Assembly: GCA_010909165.1 (NCBI GenBank)
Contig: MU008207.1
Span: forward strand, 186,001-250,000
Source of the DNA: Anthoceros angustus
Lineage: Eukaryota; Plantae; Anthocerotophyta
Length of the DNA stretch: 64,000 bases
Reading direction: 5' to 3'
The position numbers and the translations under genes were made by a program. Within the stretch, counting starts at the first letter, position 1, and each line of letters begins with the position of its first letter. The notes below the pieces were generated by a model. It made no database searches. It saw nothing but the letters and a program-made list of their open reading frames with translations, and was not told where the DNA came from. Shown one piece after another: positions 9,976-20,035 of the stretch.

Positions 9976-12900
9976 TTGAAACTGGGGATGCTTCTCATCC
10001 CCAACCAAAAAACTATGCACCTCGTTGTCTGTCCACCAGCACTGACCTGGCTGCTTCCATGCCCTGATTTGTCTCCGCAGCGTCTGCATCTTCTCTGCTT
10101 GCTCCCACATCTGGGCACCAGTGTAAATGTTTGACATCAACACATAGGCTGCGGCATCTTTCTTGTCTAATTTCACTGCTTCATTGAAAGCAAGGTTCCC
10201 CACCTCCACGTCACCCCACTTTCCACACGCACCCAACAGAGTGTGCCAGATTGTCGCATTGGGGGACACAGGCATTGTCCTTACTAAACCTAGTGCCTCA
10301 TCCAAGTGTCCTGCGCGACCGAGGAGATCCACCATGCATGCGTAGTGCTTCTCAGTGGGTGTGATGCCATACTGTTTACTCATAGCTACAAAGTACTCCC
10401 GCCCCTTGTTAACAAGACCTGCATGGCTGCACACTGTTAGTACACTAAGGAATGTGATGCTGTCTGGGAACATGCCATCTTCTCCCATTCTCTGAACCAG
10501 GTCAAGGACCACTGCACTGTCACCTTGACAGGCGTAGCTTGCAATTAGCGCATTCCAGGGGACTATGCCCCTTTCCGGCAAGGCATTAAACACACACTGT
10601 GCATCGTGCGTGCTCCCACACTTTCCATACATGTTAATCAAACTGCCAGCTACACACAAATCAGATTGAAGCCCTTGTTCTACAATCTGCGCATGTAGCT
10701 GCCTACCCAAATGTAGAGCTGCCACATTTGCACATGCTTGTAGAAGGCACACAAATGTCACGGAATCTGGTTCAGCAGTGCCCTCTCCTTGCATAGCACT
10801 GTAGAGACGAAGGGCTTCCAGCCCCATTCCCTGCTGGGAATACCCTGCTATCATGGCATTCCATGTCACCACATTTTTTTGACCAAGACCGTCGAACACC
10901 ATCTGCGCATCATTCAAGCTGCCACATTTTGCATACATGTTGACCAAACTGTTGGCTACAAACACATCAGCTTGATGTCCTCGTTCCTTGATTTGCTCAT
11001 GGAGTTGCTTTCCCTTCTCTAATGCTGAGATGCCCACACTGGCACATGCCTGCAGGAGGCAGACGAATGTCAAGGAATCGGGTACAGCTATGCCTTCTTG
11101 TTGCATGGCACTGTAGAGATTAAGAGCATCCTGCCCCATACCCTGCTGGGAATACCCTGCTATCATAGCAGTCCACGTCACCACATCTTTTTGACCAAGT
11201 CCGTCAAACACTCTCTGAGCCTCATCCAAGCTGCCACACTTTGCATACATATTCACCAAACTGCTGGCTACAAACACGTCACTTTCATGTCCTCGTTCCC
11301 TGATGTCCACGTGAAGATGCTTCCCCTGCTCCAACGCCAGGGTGCCCATACTTGCACATGCCTGTAGGAGGCAGACGAATGTCACAGAATCAGGAATAGC
11401 AATGCCACCTTCTTGCATAGCAGTGTACAGATGAAGGGCTTCATGCCCCATTCCCTGGTGGGAATACCCTGCTATCATGGCATTCCATGTCACCACATGT
11501 TTTTGACCAAGTCCGTCAAACACCCTCTGCGCGTCTTCCAAACTGCCACACTTTGCATACATGTTTATCAAACTGCTGGCTACATACACATCAGCTTGAA
11601 GTCCTCGTTCTCTTATCTGAGTATGCAGCTCCTTCGCCTGCTCCAAAGCCGAGGTGCCCAAACTTGCACATGCCTGCAGGAGGCACACAAATGTCACAGG
11701 ATTGGGTACGGCAATTCCTTCATCTTGCATAGCCCTGTAGAGACGAAGGGATTTCAAACCCATACCCTGCTCGGTATACCCTGCAATCATGGCGGTCCAT
11801 GAAACCACATCCTTGTGACCAATTCCGTCAAAAACTCTCAGTGCATCTTCCAAGCTGCCACACTTTGCATACATGTTCACTAAACTGTTGGCCACAGACA
11901 CATCAGCTTGATGTCCTTGTTTTTTAATTTGTGTATGAAGCTGCTTTCCCTTCTCCAACGCTGCGGTCCCCACACTTGCACATGCCTGCAGGAGGCACAT
12001 GAATGTCACAGAATCCGGTACCGCTATGCCCTCTTCTTGCATAGCACTGTAGAGATGAAGCGCTGCCTGCCCCATACCCTGCTGGGAATACCCTGCTATC
12101 ATGGTAGTCCATGTCACGACATTCTTTTGACCTAGTCCGTCAAACACTCTCTGAGCCTCGTCCAATCTGCCACATTTTGCATACATGTTCACCAAACTGT
12201 TGGCTACAAACACATCAGCTTGATATCCTCGTTCCTTGATTTGTGCATGAAGCCGCCCCCCCTTCTCCAATGCTGGGGCACCCACGCTTGCACATGCCTG
12301 CAGGAGGATGACGAATGTCACAGCATTGGGCACAGCCCGGCCTTCTTCTTGCATAGCGCTGTAAAGACAGAGGGCTTCCTGCCCCATGCCCTGCTGAGCA
12401 TACCCTGCAATCATGGCATTCCACGTCACAACATCTTTCCGACCAAGCCCAGCAAACACTCCTTGAGCGTCCTCCAAGCTGCCACACTTTGCATACATGT
12501 CCACCAAGGAATTGCAGACAAACAAATCAGGCTCCACACCAGCGGCCAACACATCAGCATGCACCTGCTGCCCAGACTTCAAGTCTGATCCCCTTGCACA
12601 CGCCTGAAGGGCTGCCACGAACACATGGCCATCCGGCTTCACACCAGACCTGCGCATCCGATGATACAGTTGTATGGCTTGCTTGTCGTGCCCATGTTTA
12701 ACATGGGCAGAAATTATGGAAGACCACATGAAGGCATCTGGCTGGGAAACAGCCTCAAACACATCCATCGCATCCTGCAAACTGCCATGAGAAGCATACA
12801 TTCGCAGGAGGTGGTTGCCCAGGAAAGTATCTGACCGATACCCCTTTTTCAGCGTCAACCCATGGACGCGCCTACCCAGAACAAGATCCTTCTTCGCTAC

Positions 12901-13503
12901 ACACGCCTTCAGGACAGCAAAAAAGAGAGATCTGGAAATAGAACGGTCTGCCTGCACCAGAAGTTCCAAAGCCTCAACAGCCTGGGCGAGACGGCCTTCA
13001 TGACATAGCTTGCTCACGGTTTCAGCCGTAACGCTCCCATCGTCTCCAGCAGGCCTGCGAGGATCAGGAAAGCCCGGTAAGTCCCTGTGGGTGGTGGCAA
13101 AACGACCCATCCGCATCCCCATCTGCATATCCATATCCATACCCATACCCATATCCAAAGCAGCCAGCTGCGCATCCACCCAAGCTGGCTTGTACAAGTT
13201 GTTTAAGCAGAGGAACTCTTGGGAGCGCCTGTGCCGGAAGTCGGGCCAACGGGGGGCATTGTTCTGTTGCCTGTTATCCCACCAAAGTGTGGGGTCCTGA
13301 AAGAATTGCCGCCACAAATTCTCCTGCCGACGACTCTCGCTGGAGGCCGGTTGGGTAGCCAGACATCCTGTTGCGCGGGCTGGATTTCTGGCCCAGCTGC
13401 TGCAACTTGCCGACGCAATCCTTGCAGCTTCTCTGTAGTCACCCAACGGGTGGCCTGGCCCTGTGCGGGTCTCCATGGCGACGGCCATGGCTCGCAGGAG
13501 CAC
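9964..13503 (-). CDS. PDF-motif / PLS-class PPR protein with E1/E2 and WW box, ending before the deaminase (E+ type)
   Basis: 1179-aa uninterrupted ORF with an N-terminal PDF-like motif, long P-L-S array, E motifs and C-terminal WKQPGQCWWTDNEVHSFLVGDEKHPQ. Confidence 0.94.
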   Translation of the reverse strand: MLLRAMAVAMETRTGPGHPLGDYREAARIASASCSSWARNPARATGCLATQPASSESRRQENLWRQFFQDPTLWWDNRQQNNAPRWPDFRHRRSQEFLCLNNLYKPAWVDAQLAALDMGMGMDMDMQMGMRMGRFATTHRDLPGFPDPRRPAGDDGSVTAETVSKLCHEGRLAQAVEALELLVQADRSISRSLFFAVLKACVAKKDLVLGRRVHGLTLKKGYRSDTFLGNHLLRMYASHGSLQDAMDVFEAVSQPDAFMWSSIISAHVKHGHDKQAIQLYHRMRRSGVKPDGHVFVAALQACARGSDLKSGQQVHADVLAAGVEPDLFVCNSLVDMYAKCGSLEDAQGVFAGLGRKDVVTWNAMIAGYAQQGMGQEALCLYSAMQEEGRAVPNAVTFVILLQACASVGAPALEKGGRLHAQIKERGYQADVFVANSLVNMYAKCGRLDEAQRVFDGLGQKNVVTWTTMIAGYSQQGMGQAALHLYSAMQEEGIAVPDSVTFMCLLQACASVGTAALEKGKQLHTQIKKQGHQADVSVANSLVNMYAKCGSLEDALRVFDGIGHKDVVSWTAMIAGYTEQGMGLKSLRLYRAMQDEGIAVPNPVTFVCLLQACASLGTSALEQAKELHTQIRERGLQADVYVASSLINMYAKCGSLEDAQRVFDGLGQKHVVTWNAMIAGYSHQGMGHEALHLYTAMQEGGIAIPDSVTFVCLLQACASMGTLALEQGKHLHVDIRERGHESDVFVASSLVNMYAKCGSLDEAQRVFDGLGQKDVVTWTAMIAGYSQQGMGQDALNLYSAMQQEGIAVPDSLTFVCLLQACASVGISALEKGKQLHEQIKERGHQADVFVANSLVNMYAKCGSLNDAQMVFDGLGQKNVVTWNAMIAGYSQQGMGLEALRLYSAMQGEGTAEPDSVTFVCLLQACANVAALHLGRQLHAQIVEQGLQSDLCVAGSLINMYGKCGSTHDAQCVFNALPERGIVPWNALIASYACQGDSAVVLDLVQRMGEDGMFPDSITFLSVLTVCSHAGLVNKGREYFVAMSKQYGITPTEKHYACMVDLLGRAGHLDEALGLVRTMPVSPNATIWHTLLGACGKWGDVEVGNLAFNEAVKLDKKDAAAYVLMSNIYTGAQMWEQAEKMQTLRRQIRAWKQPGQCWWTDNEVHSFLVGDEKHPQFQASS
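13153..13317 (-). other. OSB-type PDF motif (aa 63-117 of the 1179-aa PPR)
   Basis: LWRQFFQDPTLWWDNRQQNNAPRWPDFRHRRSQEFLCLNNLYKPAWVDAQLAALD matches the consensus I recall for the PDF motif of plant OSB proteins. Recognised by eye, no HMM run. Confidence 0.82.
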
Positions 13504-14614
13504 ACAATGAGGGCCTATGGATGCATGTCATCTAGCCAAAGATTGAGACGCAGAGAAACCAGTGGAAGTACGAAGCTTGTTTTGTGTTGTGGTAGATGGC
13601 TGTCGATCACCTCGCTTAGATGGTGAATGGGAACAAGCATGACACAAGAACTATGTTGTACACATGTACATCGATGGATATAGAACGGAGCTGTGGTGTG
13701 TTTTTGGAAGTGCCGGAGCTGGTCTGGACCGTGAAATTGCAACACATTGATGCCTCCTCGTTGTGCTGGCTGTTGCTGATTTTTGTGGATATGCACTTCG
13801 GCCAAAATATGATTTAATTGATAATTGAAATGATACTTGATTAATCCCAAGTTCGGAAATCTACTCAATTTCTAGAGATTGCAAGGACATGTCATGGTGT
13901 TCTTTCATTGCATGACTTTCATGACTCTCTATTATGATAGAATACTTAGTAACACATTTCAAGGTCTATATTTTGATAGAAGATTGCAATCTTCTATCAA
14001 AATATAGACTCTATCTACATGAGAGAAGAGTGTCTGATTTACATCGAGACGCATCTATTCGAAGACGAGGAAGAAGATTTCCAAGCTAAAAGTCAAACAG
14101 ACCTTTCAATCTTGTTTCATTCCCTTTCCCTTGTGGTGGAGCACTCACGCCGCCACCTTCAAATGCACACGTTGTGGAACACTCAAGAACTGAATAGAGT
14201 TGTCAAGGCCCAACTTTGCAATAGGAGCCCTTTCTTTTATATTTTCTAATTGCTTTGATATGAATAAGAAACTCTGGTCTTTGGATATATTCATTGTGGC
14301 TTAAAAGAGAAACAAACCTGTACATCAATTTTTAAAATCTATTGTTCATAATTACTTACACCAATCTACTTTTTCATGCTTAAATCTAGATCGTACCTCA
14401 TAGGCCTGGGCACATTGATTACAAGGATCCATAAAACTGAACCCAATGCAATATGATTGGGGTCAATTGTTCCTTGCCACATTTCTTGCCTCAGGACATT
14501 GTATCATCCATCTATTACATTGCTCCTATTAGCCGTCTATCCTCGAAGAATTGAGCAGATGTCCTTTCATGCATATAGTTTCTCCTAATATGCTCCGTAT
14601 GTTATCAGAAAAAT

Positions 14615-14775
14615 CATGGTTCTAGGGATCTAATTGCGGCCAATGTGCATGGTCTAGGGATCTAATTGCGGCCAATGTCCATGGTCTAGGGATCTAATTG
14701 CGGCCAATGTGCATGGTCTAGGGATCTAATTGCGGCCAATATGTATGATCTAGGATTCTAATTGTGGCCAATATG
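14615..14775. repeat. 32-bp minisatellite x5 (CATGGTCTAGGGATCTAATTGCGGCCAATGTG)
   Basis: Five head-to-tail units with no spacers; the last unit is diverged. Confidence 0.92.
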
Positions 14776-15134
14776 ACATATTCGCAAGTTACCAAGATGT
14801 GCCATGTGCACATGCTCTTCGGGGTTTGGAGTATCTAAAGGTAACTGATTTTTGTTTTCTATTCGAATAAGTTTTAATCATAATTGTTCATGAATACTCA
14901 ACTACGAGCCGGATCAACTCGAGTACGATGTTCTATGCTCTGGATTGAATCTCCCAAGTCCTTCTTTATGGTGCATAATGACAATTTCTTGTTGTTGGTG
15001 AAAAGGTTGAAAACTTATGTGATATACTGAAAAGCTATGCATATGTTCAAAGATGAAACCTTTGCACTCGAAGGGTTCCCCGTGGACTCTACACATGTAT
15101 GATCACCAAGAAATCCGAAGGGAACCTAAACTCA

Positions 15135-15300
15135 AGCTTGTGAGCATGTTGGTGATTGTGGGCCTTTAGGCAAAAGCTCAAAGCATGTTGGGTGACTTGT
15201 GGGCTTTAGGCAAAAGCATGTTTGATAGATTTGCGGACCTTTAAGCATAAGCTCAAGGTTGTGAGTATGTTTGATAGATATGTGGGGTTTTAGAAAAACT
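15135..15300. repeat. Degenerate short tandem repeats (GAGCATGTTGG...GGGCTTTAGGCAAAAGC)
   Basis: Recurring blocks AAGCATGTTGG/GAGTATGTTTG and TTTAGGCAAAAGC. Confidence 0.6.
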
Positions 15301-15554
15301 TCAAGGTTTTGAGTACCTATGTGTTGTTGTTGTTGTTGGTGGTGATTTGTGGGCTGCTTGTTTTTTTTTCGAGTCCCTCCGTGGGTAAAGGAGGTAGTGC
15401 CCTGCGACTGTTTGCTCCTGTTTAGCGGAGGCGGGGGTAGTGGCCCGAATCCGACAAGTTGACCGGGTGCACACCGGCGGCCAGTCAAAGAGCACGACTG
15501 GGGACCGGGGCCGGGGCTGGGGCCGTGGCCGGGGTCGGGAAACGGGACTGGGAG

Positions 15555-15800
15555 ACCCGGAGCCAGAGCTAGAGCCAGAGGCAAGAGCCGGAGCCGAGCC
15601 AGAGCCAGAGCCCAGCCGAGAGACGGGCCGGGCCAGGCCAGCCCACGGCAGAAGGAAATGCACACCACGATTCCACCATCTCCCTTGTTGCAACCTTAGC
15701 AAGCAGCAGCAGCTGTAGCAGGAGCAACAGTAGCTGTAGCAGCTGTAGCAGCTGTAGCAGCAGCAGCAGCAGCAGCAGCAGCAAGCGTCATCTGCAGCGG
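15555..15800. repeat. GC-rich microsatellites (GAGCCA)n and (CAG)n/(CTGTAGCAG)n upstream of SERK
   Basis: Read directly from the sequence. Confidence 0.85.
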
Positions 15801-16125
15801 CCGCAACTGCAACCGCAGCGCACGAGCGGGTGGCCCGGTCCATCGTCATCCGATCAGCTTCCTTCCCACCAGAATGCGAGCTCCTGCAGGCTGCACTGCG
15901 CGCGGATGGTATGAGGAAGCGCAGGCGAGGCGACCCGGCTGGTGATGCCGCAGCCCTGGCGCGTCCGTGACCGCCATCTGCTGCTCCAGGGATCGCGCAC
16001 CGCACCGCAGCGCAGCGTAGTGCAGGGCAGGGTAGTGCAAGTGCCAGTGCAAGTGCTAGTACAGGGCCGGGCCAGCAGGCTGCCTGGCTGCGCCTGCCTC
16101 ACAGTCCTGGATCTGTAGGGATCAC

Positions 16126-19100
16126 ATGCGAGCAAGGAAAGGGAAGCACAAGGAGGGAGTCATGCTCCCGTGGCTTCTCCTCCTGCTCTTTCTCCACCGG
16201 CCATTGCGAGTACTAGCTAATCCTGAAGGTCGGATCTCTTGCCCTCTCTACAGGAGTGTGTGCTAATGTGTGTCTCTGAGATCTTGATCTCCTCCAGCCG
16301 CAGCCGCAGCCGCAGCCGCAGCCGCAGTCGTCCGCTTATGCATCTCCTTTCCCTTGGCCCCTAGTGTAATGCTCCTCTGCACCGGCGAATCCTGGTTCGG
16401 ATCGCTGTGCAGTGTCGTGCCCCAAAGTAGTTGCTCTTATTTTCCAGCTCGTTCTACACTCGCAGCATTCTCAACGGCCGATGATAACTTCGGCTGCTCT
16501 CGGGTGTTGTGAGCTTGCTGAATTGCGTAGCTGCATTTCCAGTGTGGCAACGTTTGACCTATGCGCTGACGGCTCTCAGTAGGCCCTATGGTGCACGCCT
16601 GCTTCCATTCTCTGCTGCGCTTTATAATGCATGAATGCTGGTGTTGCAGCATGGATCTATGCTTATGATGCTTGCCTCGCCGCTCCTACTACTATATCCA
16701 ATCCTGCTGGGGCTACAAGTTACTTTTGGTACCTCTAATTCTTCTGTCACGTCTTTTCAGGTGACGCTTTGCACGCTTTGAGGGAGAGTCTTCAAGATCC
16801 CAGCAATGTGCTGCAGAGTTGGGATCCCACACTTGTCAACCCCTGCACATGGTTTCATGTGACATGCAACAATGACAATAGTGTCATAAGGGTGTAAGTT
16901 GCTGCCTGAACCCGTTCTCAAGAGCCAGCTCCGACACATTTGCTGTTTTGCCTACTGGCAGAGGAAACCTGGTGTCACGCCTTGTGCAGCTAACCTCATC
17001 ACTCTCCGTGCTAATGATTTCTTACACGTTCGCTGCAGTGATTTAGGAAATGCTGCTCTTTCTGGGCAGCTTGTGCCCGACATCGGCAATCTTCCTAATC
17101 TTCAGTACCTGTAAGAACCTTGGCAATCGCTGAAATTTCGGCCTGCATTTTTCTGGTCAAGTTTCATATGTCCCCATGCTCTGAATGGAGGTGACATGTC
17201 CCTCTGACAGCCTCTGAACCTACCTCATTCCGTTCTTTCCTCCTTACTTCTTTCAGGGAGCTGTACAGCAATAATTTATCGGGAGAGATTCCAGCACAGA
17301 TTGGAAACCTAACTGGTCTAGTGAGTCTTGACTTATACCAGAACAACTTCACAGGGAGCATACCTATGACCCTCGGCGAACTCAAAGCCCTCAGATTCCT
17401 GTAAGGTCTCTTGTTCCTGAGTGACGATTCGAGCGCGTACTATTTGTTTTCCTACGTTGTTGGTCTGCAACCGGTTTTCTTTCGGGTTTGGAGTGTTGGT
17501 CAGGCTGTTTTCAGGTACCAAATAATGAATTGTGTTGGTGTTGTGGGAGGAGCAGTAGGTTAAATAACAACAGCTTGTCGGGGGAGATTCCAGTGCAGCT
17601 TACATCTGTTTCTGGCTTGCAAGTTCTGTAAGTGTCCTCCACCGAGATCTGGCTGGGTCATGGCGTTTAAAATGCCCTGTCTGTAGTGGATCCTTTCGGC
17701 CCCAGAAATAACTCAGGTGGATGGACTTTCTTGCAGGGATCTTTCTTACAATAATCTCTCGGGTGAGGTTCCTGTCAATGGTTCTTTCACTCTCTTTACT
17801 CCTATCAGGTGATTCCTGGCTTGCATATCTTTTGCTTCAGTTGAAGCGTTTTCGTTTGTTCTCACGTTGTGGTGAGTTTCTCCTCCTGATGCAAGGCTCC
17901 CTTTGGACAGTTTCCAGGGAAACAACGACCTCTGTGGTACAGTTGTGGGGCAGAGCTGTCCTGGGGCGCCTCCTATACCCCCACCCCCTCCGTTTATACC
18001 TCCACCTCCGAATACACCATTTACAAGTCAAGGTTGAATCTTGACTTTCTGGTGATACGTGTCAATGTGGTGATGGTGTCGTGGGCCAAGTATAATGGAG
18101 TCGTGTACGCTGTATGCAGGAGCTTCACCCGCTTCGAGTACAGGAGCTATAGCTGGGGGTGTCGCAGCCGGTGCTGCTCTTCTTTTTGCTGCTCCGGCTA
18201 TCGTCTTTGCCTGGTATAGGCGTCGTACACAGGATGCCTTCTACGATGTTCCAGGTGCAGATCCTGATAACCTACCTCTTCTTTTTGGGCTTAGTAGTGT
18301 GCCTCTGAGTGTTGCTCTGAGACCATACGTGTATCGTGATTCCAGCCGAAGAGGATCCTGAAGTGCATCTGGGGCAGCTGCGGCGTTTTACATTACGCGA
18401 ACTGCAGGTTGCCACAGACAATTTCAACAATAAGAACATCTTGGGGCGAGGCGGCTTTGGCAAAGTGTACAAAGGTCGTCTTGCAGATGGAACTCTGGTC
18501 GCAGTGAAGCGACTTAAGGAGGAACGCAGCCCCGGGGGAGAGTTACAGTTCCAGACAGAAGTGGAGATGATAAGCATGGCAGTACATCGAAACCTTCTGC
18601 GGTTGCGTGGGTTTTGTATGACACCAACCGAGCGCTTGCTCGTGTATCCCTACATGCTCAATGGCAGTGTAGCATCGCGGCTTCGAGGTTTGGCCATCTT
18701 CCTCCAGTCAGTGAGCAACAGAGAAGTCTTTGAGCTGTGTTTTGATGGTAGCGTAGCTTGTGGTGTTCTTGTGGCCGGGAATTTCTCGTAGGTGATTGCC
18801 ATCATTGTGTTCTTTGGGTTGTCTAAATCGATCACTATGGTCTCAGAGCGAGGAGTGGGAGAGCCTGCGTTGGATTGGCCGACGCGGAAAAGGATCTCTC
18901 TGGGCTCAGCACGAGGGCTTTCATACCTGCATGACCATTGTGATCCCAAGATCATTCACCGGGATGTGAAGGCAGCGAACATCCTTCTGGATGAGGAGTT
19001 CGAGGCAGTGGTAGGAGATTTTGGACTAGCCAAGCTCATGGACTACAAGGACACACATGTGACAACTGCTGTGCGAGGCACGATTGGTCATATTGCTCCT

Positions 19101-19651
19101 GAGTACCTATCGACGGGCAAGTCTTCAGAGAAGACAGATGTCTTTGGGTTTGGAATCATGTTGTTGGAGCTCATCACAGGACAGCGAGCATTTGATCTTG
19201 CTCGCCTCGCCAATGACGATGATGTCATGTTGTTGGATTGGGTGAGCTTACTTTGCTACTGACTGACGTCGTCCCATCGATTTGCAGTAAGTGGGTTGGT
19301 GTGGTTCTCACGATAGCGTGGTTGTTGATGAAGGTGAAAGGACTGCTTCGCGAGAAGAAGATTGATCTCCTTGTCGACCCTGATCTCAAAACAAATTACG
19401 ACCCCAAGGAAGTGGAGGAGCTTATTCAGGTAGCCTTGCTTTGCACGCAAGGCTCACCTATGGATAGGCCGAAGATGGCCGAGGTTGTACGCATGCTTGA
19501 AGGAGATGGCTTGGCTGAGCGTTGGGAGGAGTGGCAAAAGGTGGAGGTGGTTCGGAGCCAAGAGTTGGACCTGGTCCCTCACAGAACACCTGAATGGATT
19601 GTAGATTCCACGGACAACTTGCATGCTGTGGAGCTTTCTGGACCCAGATAG
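16126..19651 (+). CDS. SERK: Somatic embryogenesis receptor kinase (LRR-RLK II), 11 exons
   Basis: GT-AG exons 16126-16228, 16761-16893, 17039-17110, 17257-17400, 17556-17627, 17737-17808, 17911-18032, 18120-18254, 18346-18687, 18847-19241, 19334-19651 splice in frame. They give a signal peptide, [19 protein letters not shown], LRRs, an SPP-rich region, TM, a kinase with [11 protein letters not shown], and the SERK tail [10 protein letters not shown]. Confidence 0.96.
16295..16327. repeat. (CAGCCG)n microsatellite in SERK intron 1
   Basis: Read directly from the sequence. Confidence 0.85.
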
Positions 19652-20035
19652 TAGTAGTGTCAGTCTAACCAGTGATTTTTTTTGGCACTCCCATTTCCTC
19701 TGGCTTCCCAGTTTCTGTTAAGAAAAGTCTCCCTTTGTCAGCCTCTCTATTTATGCGTGTAAAATAGGGTCATTACTCACATTGTATTTTATGCACTTAA
19801 TTCATATGGTAACACTTTGACAAGGAGTCCACCCTTGCAGCACATCGCTGCGGGAGGCACTAGCGTTTTGCTTCTTCCGCTAGCCTCGATTGTAGCAGCA
19901 GCTATCGCCATCCCAGTCGCCTGAGGGGCGCTCAGCTGACTCGAGTGTGTGATGTGTTTTGTTCACCGGTCGATCGGTTTTACAGTAACCATAAGTATTG
20001 TTTAGGATCCAGGCAGTTGGGACACAGAAGCGAGA

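Noticed and set aside
9950-9990. Programmed ribosomal frameshift linking the WW box to the DYW remnant
   Set aside because: No slippery heptamer at the junction, and the downstream domain has lost a zinc-binding Cys and its terminus; decay is simpler.
14615-14775. 32-bp repeats as a CRISPR array
   Set aside because: Units are directly adjacent with no unique spacers, there are no cas genes, and the context is eukaryotic; it is a minisatellite.
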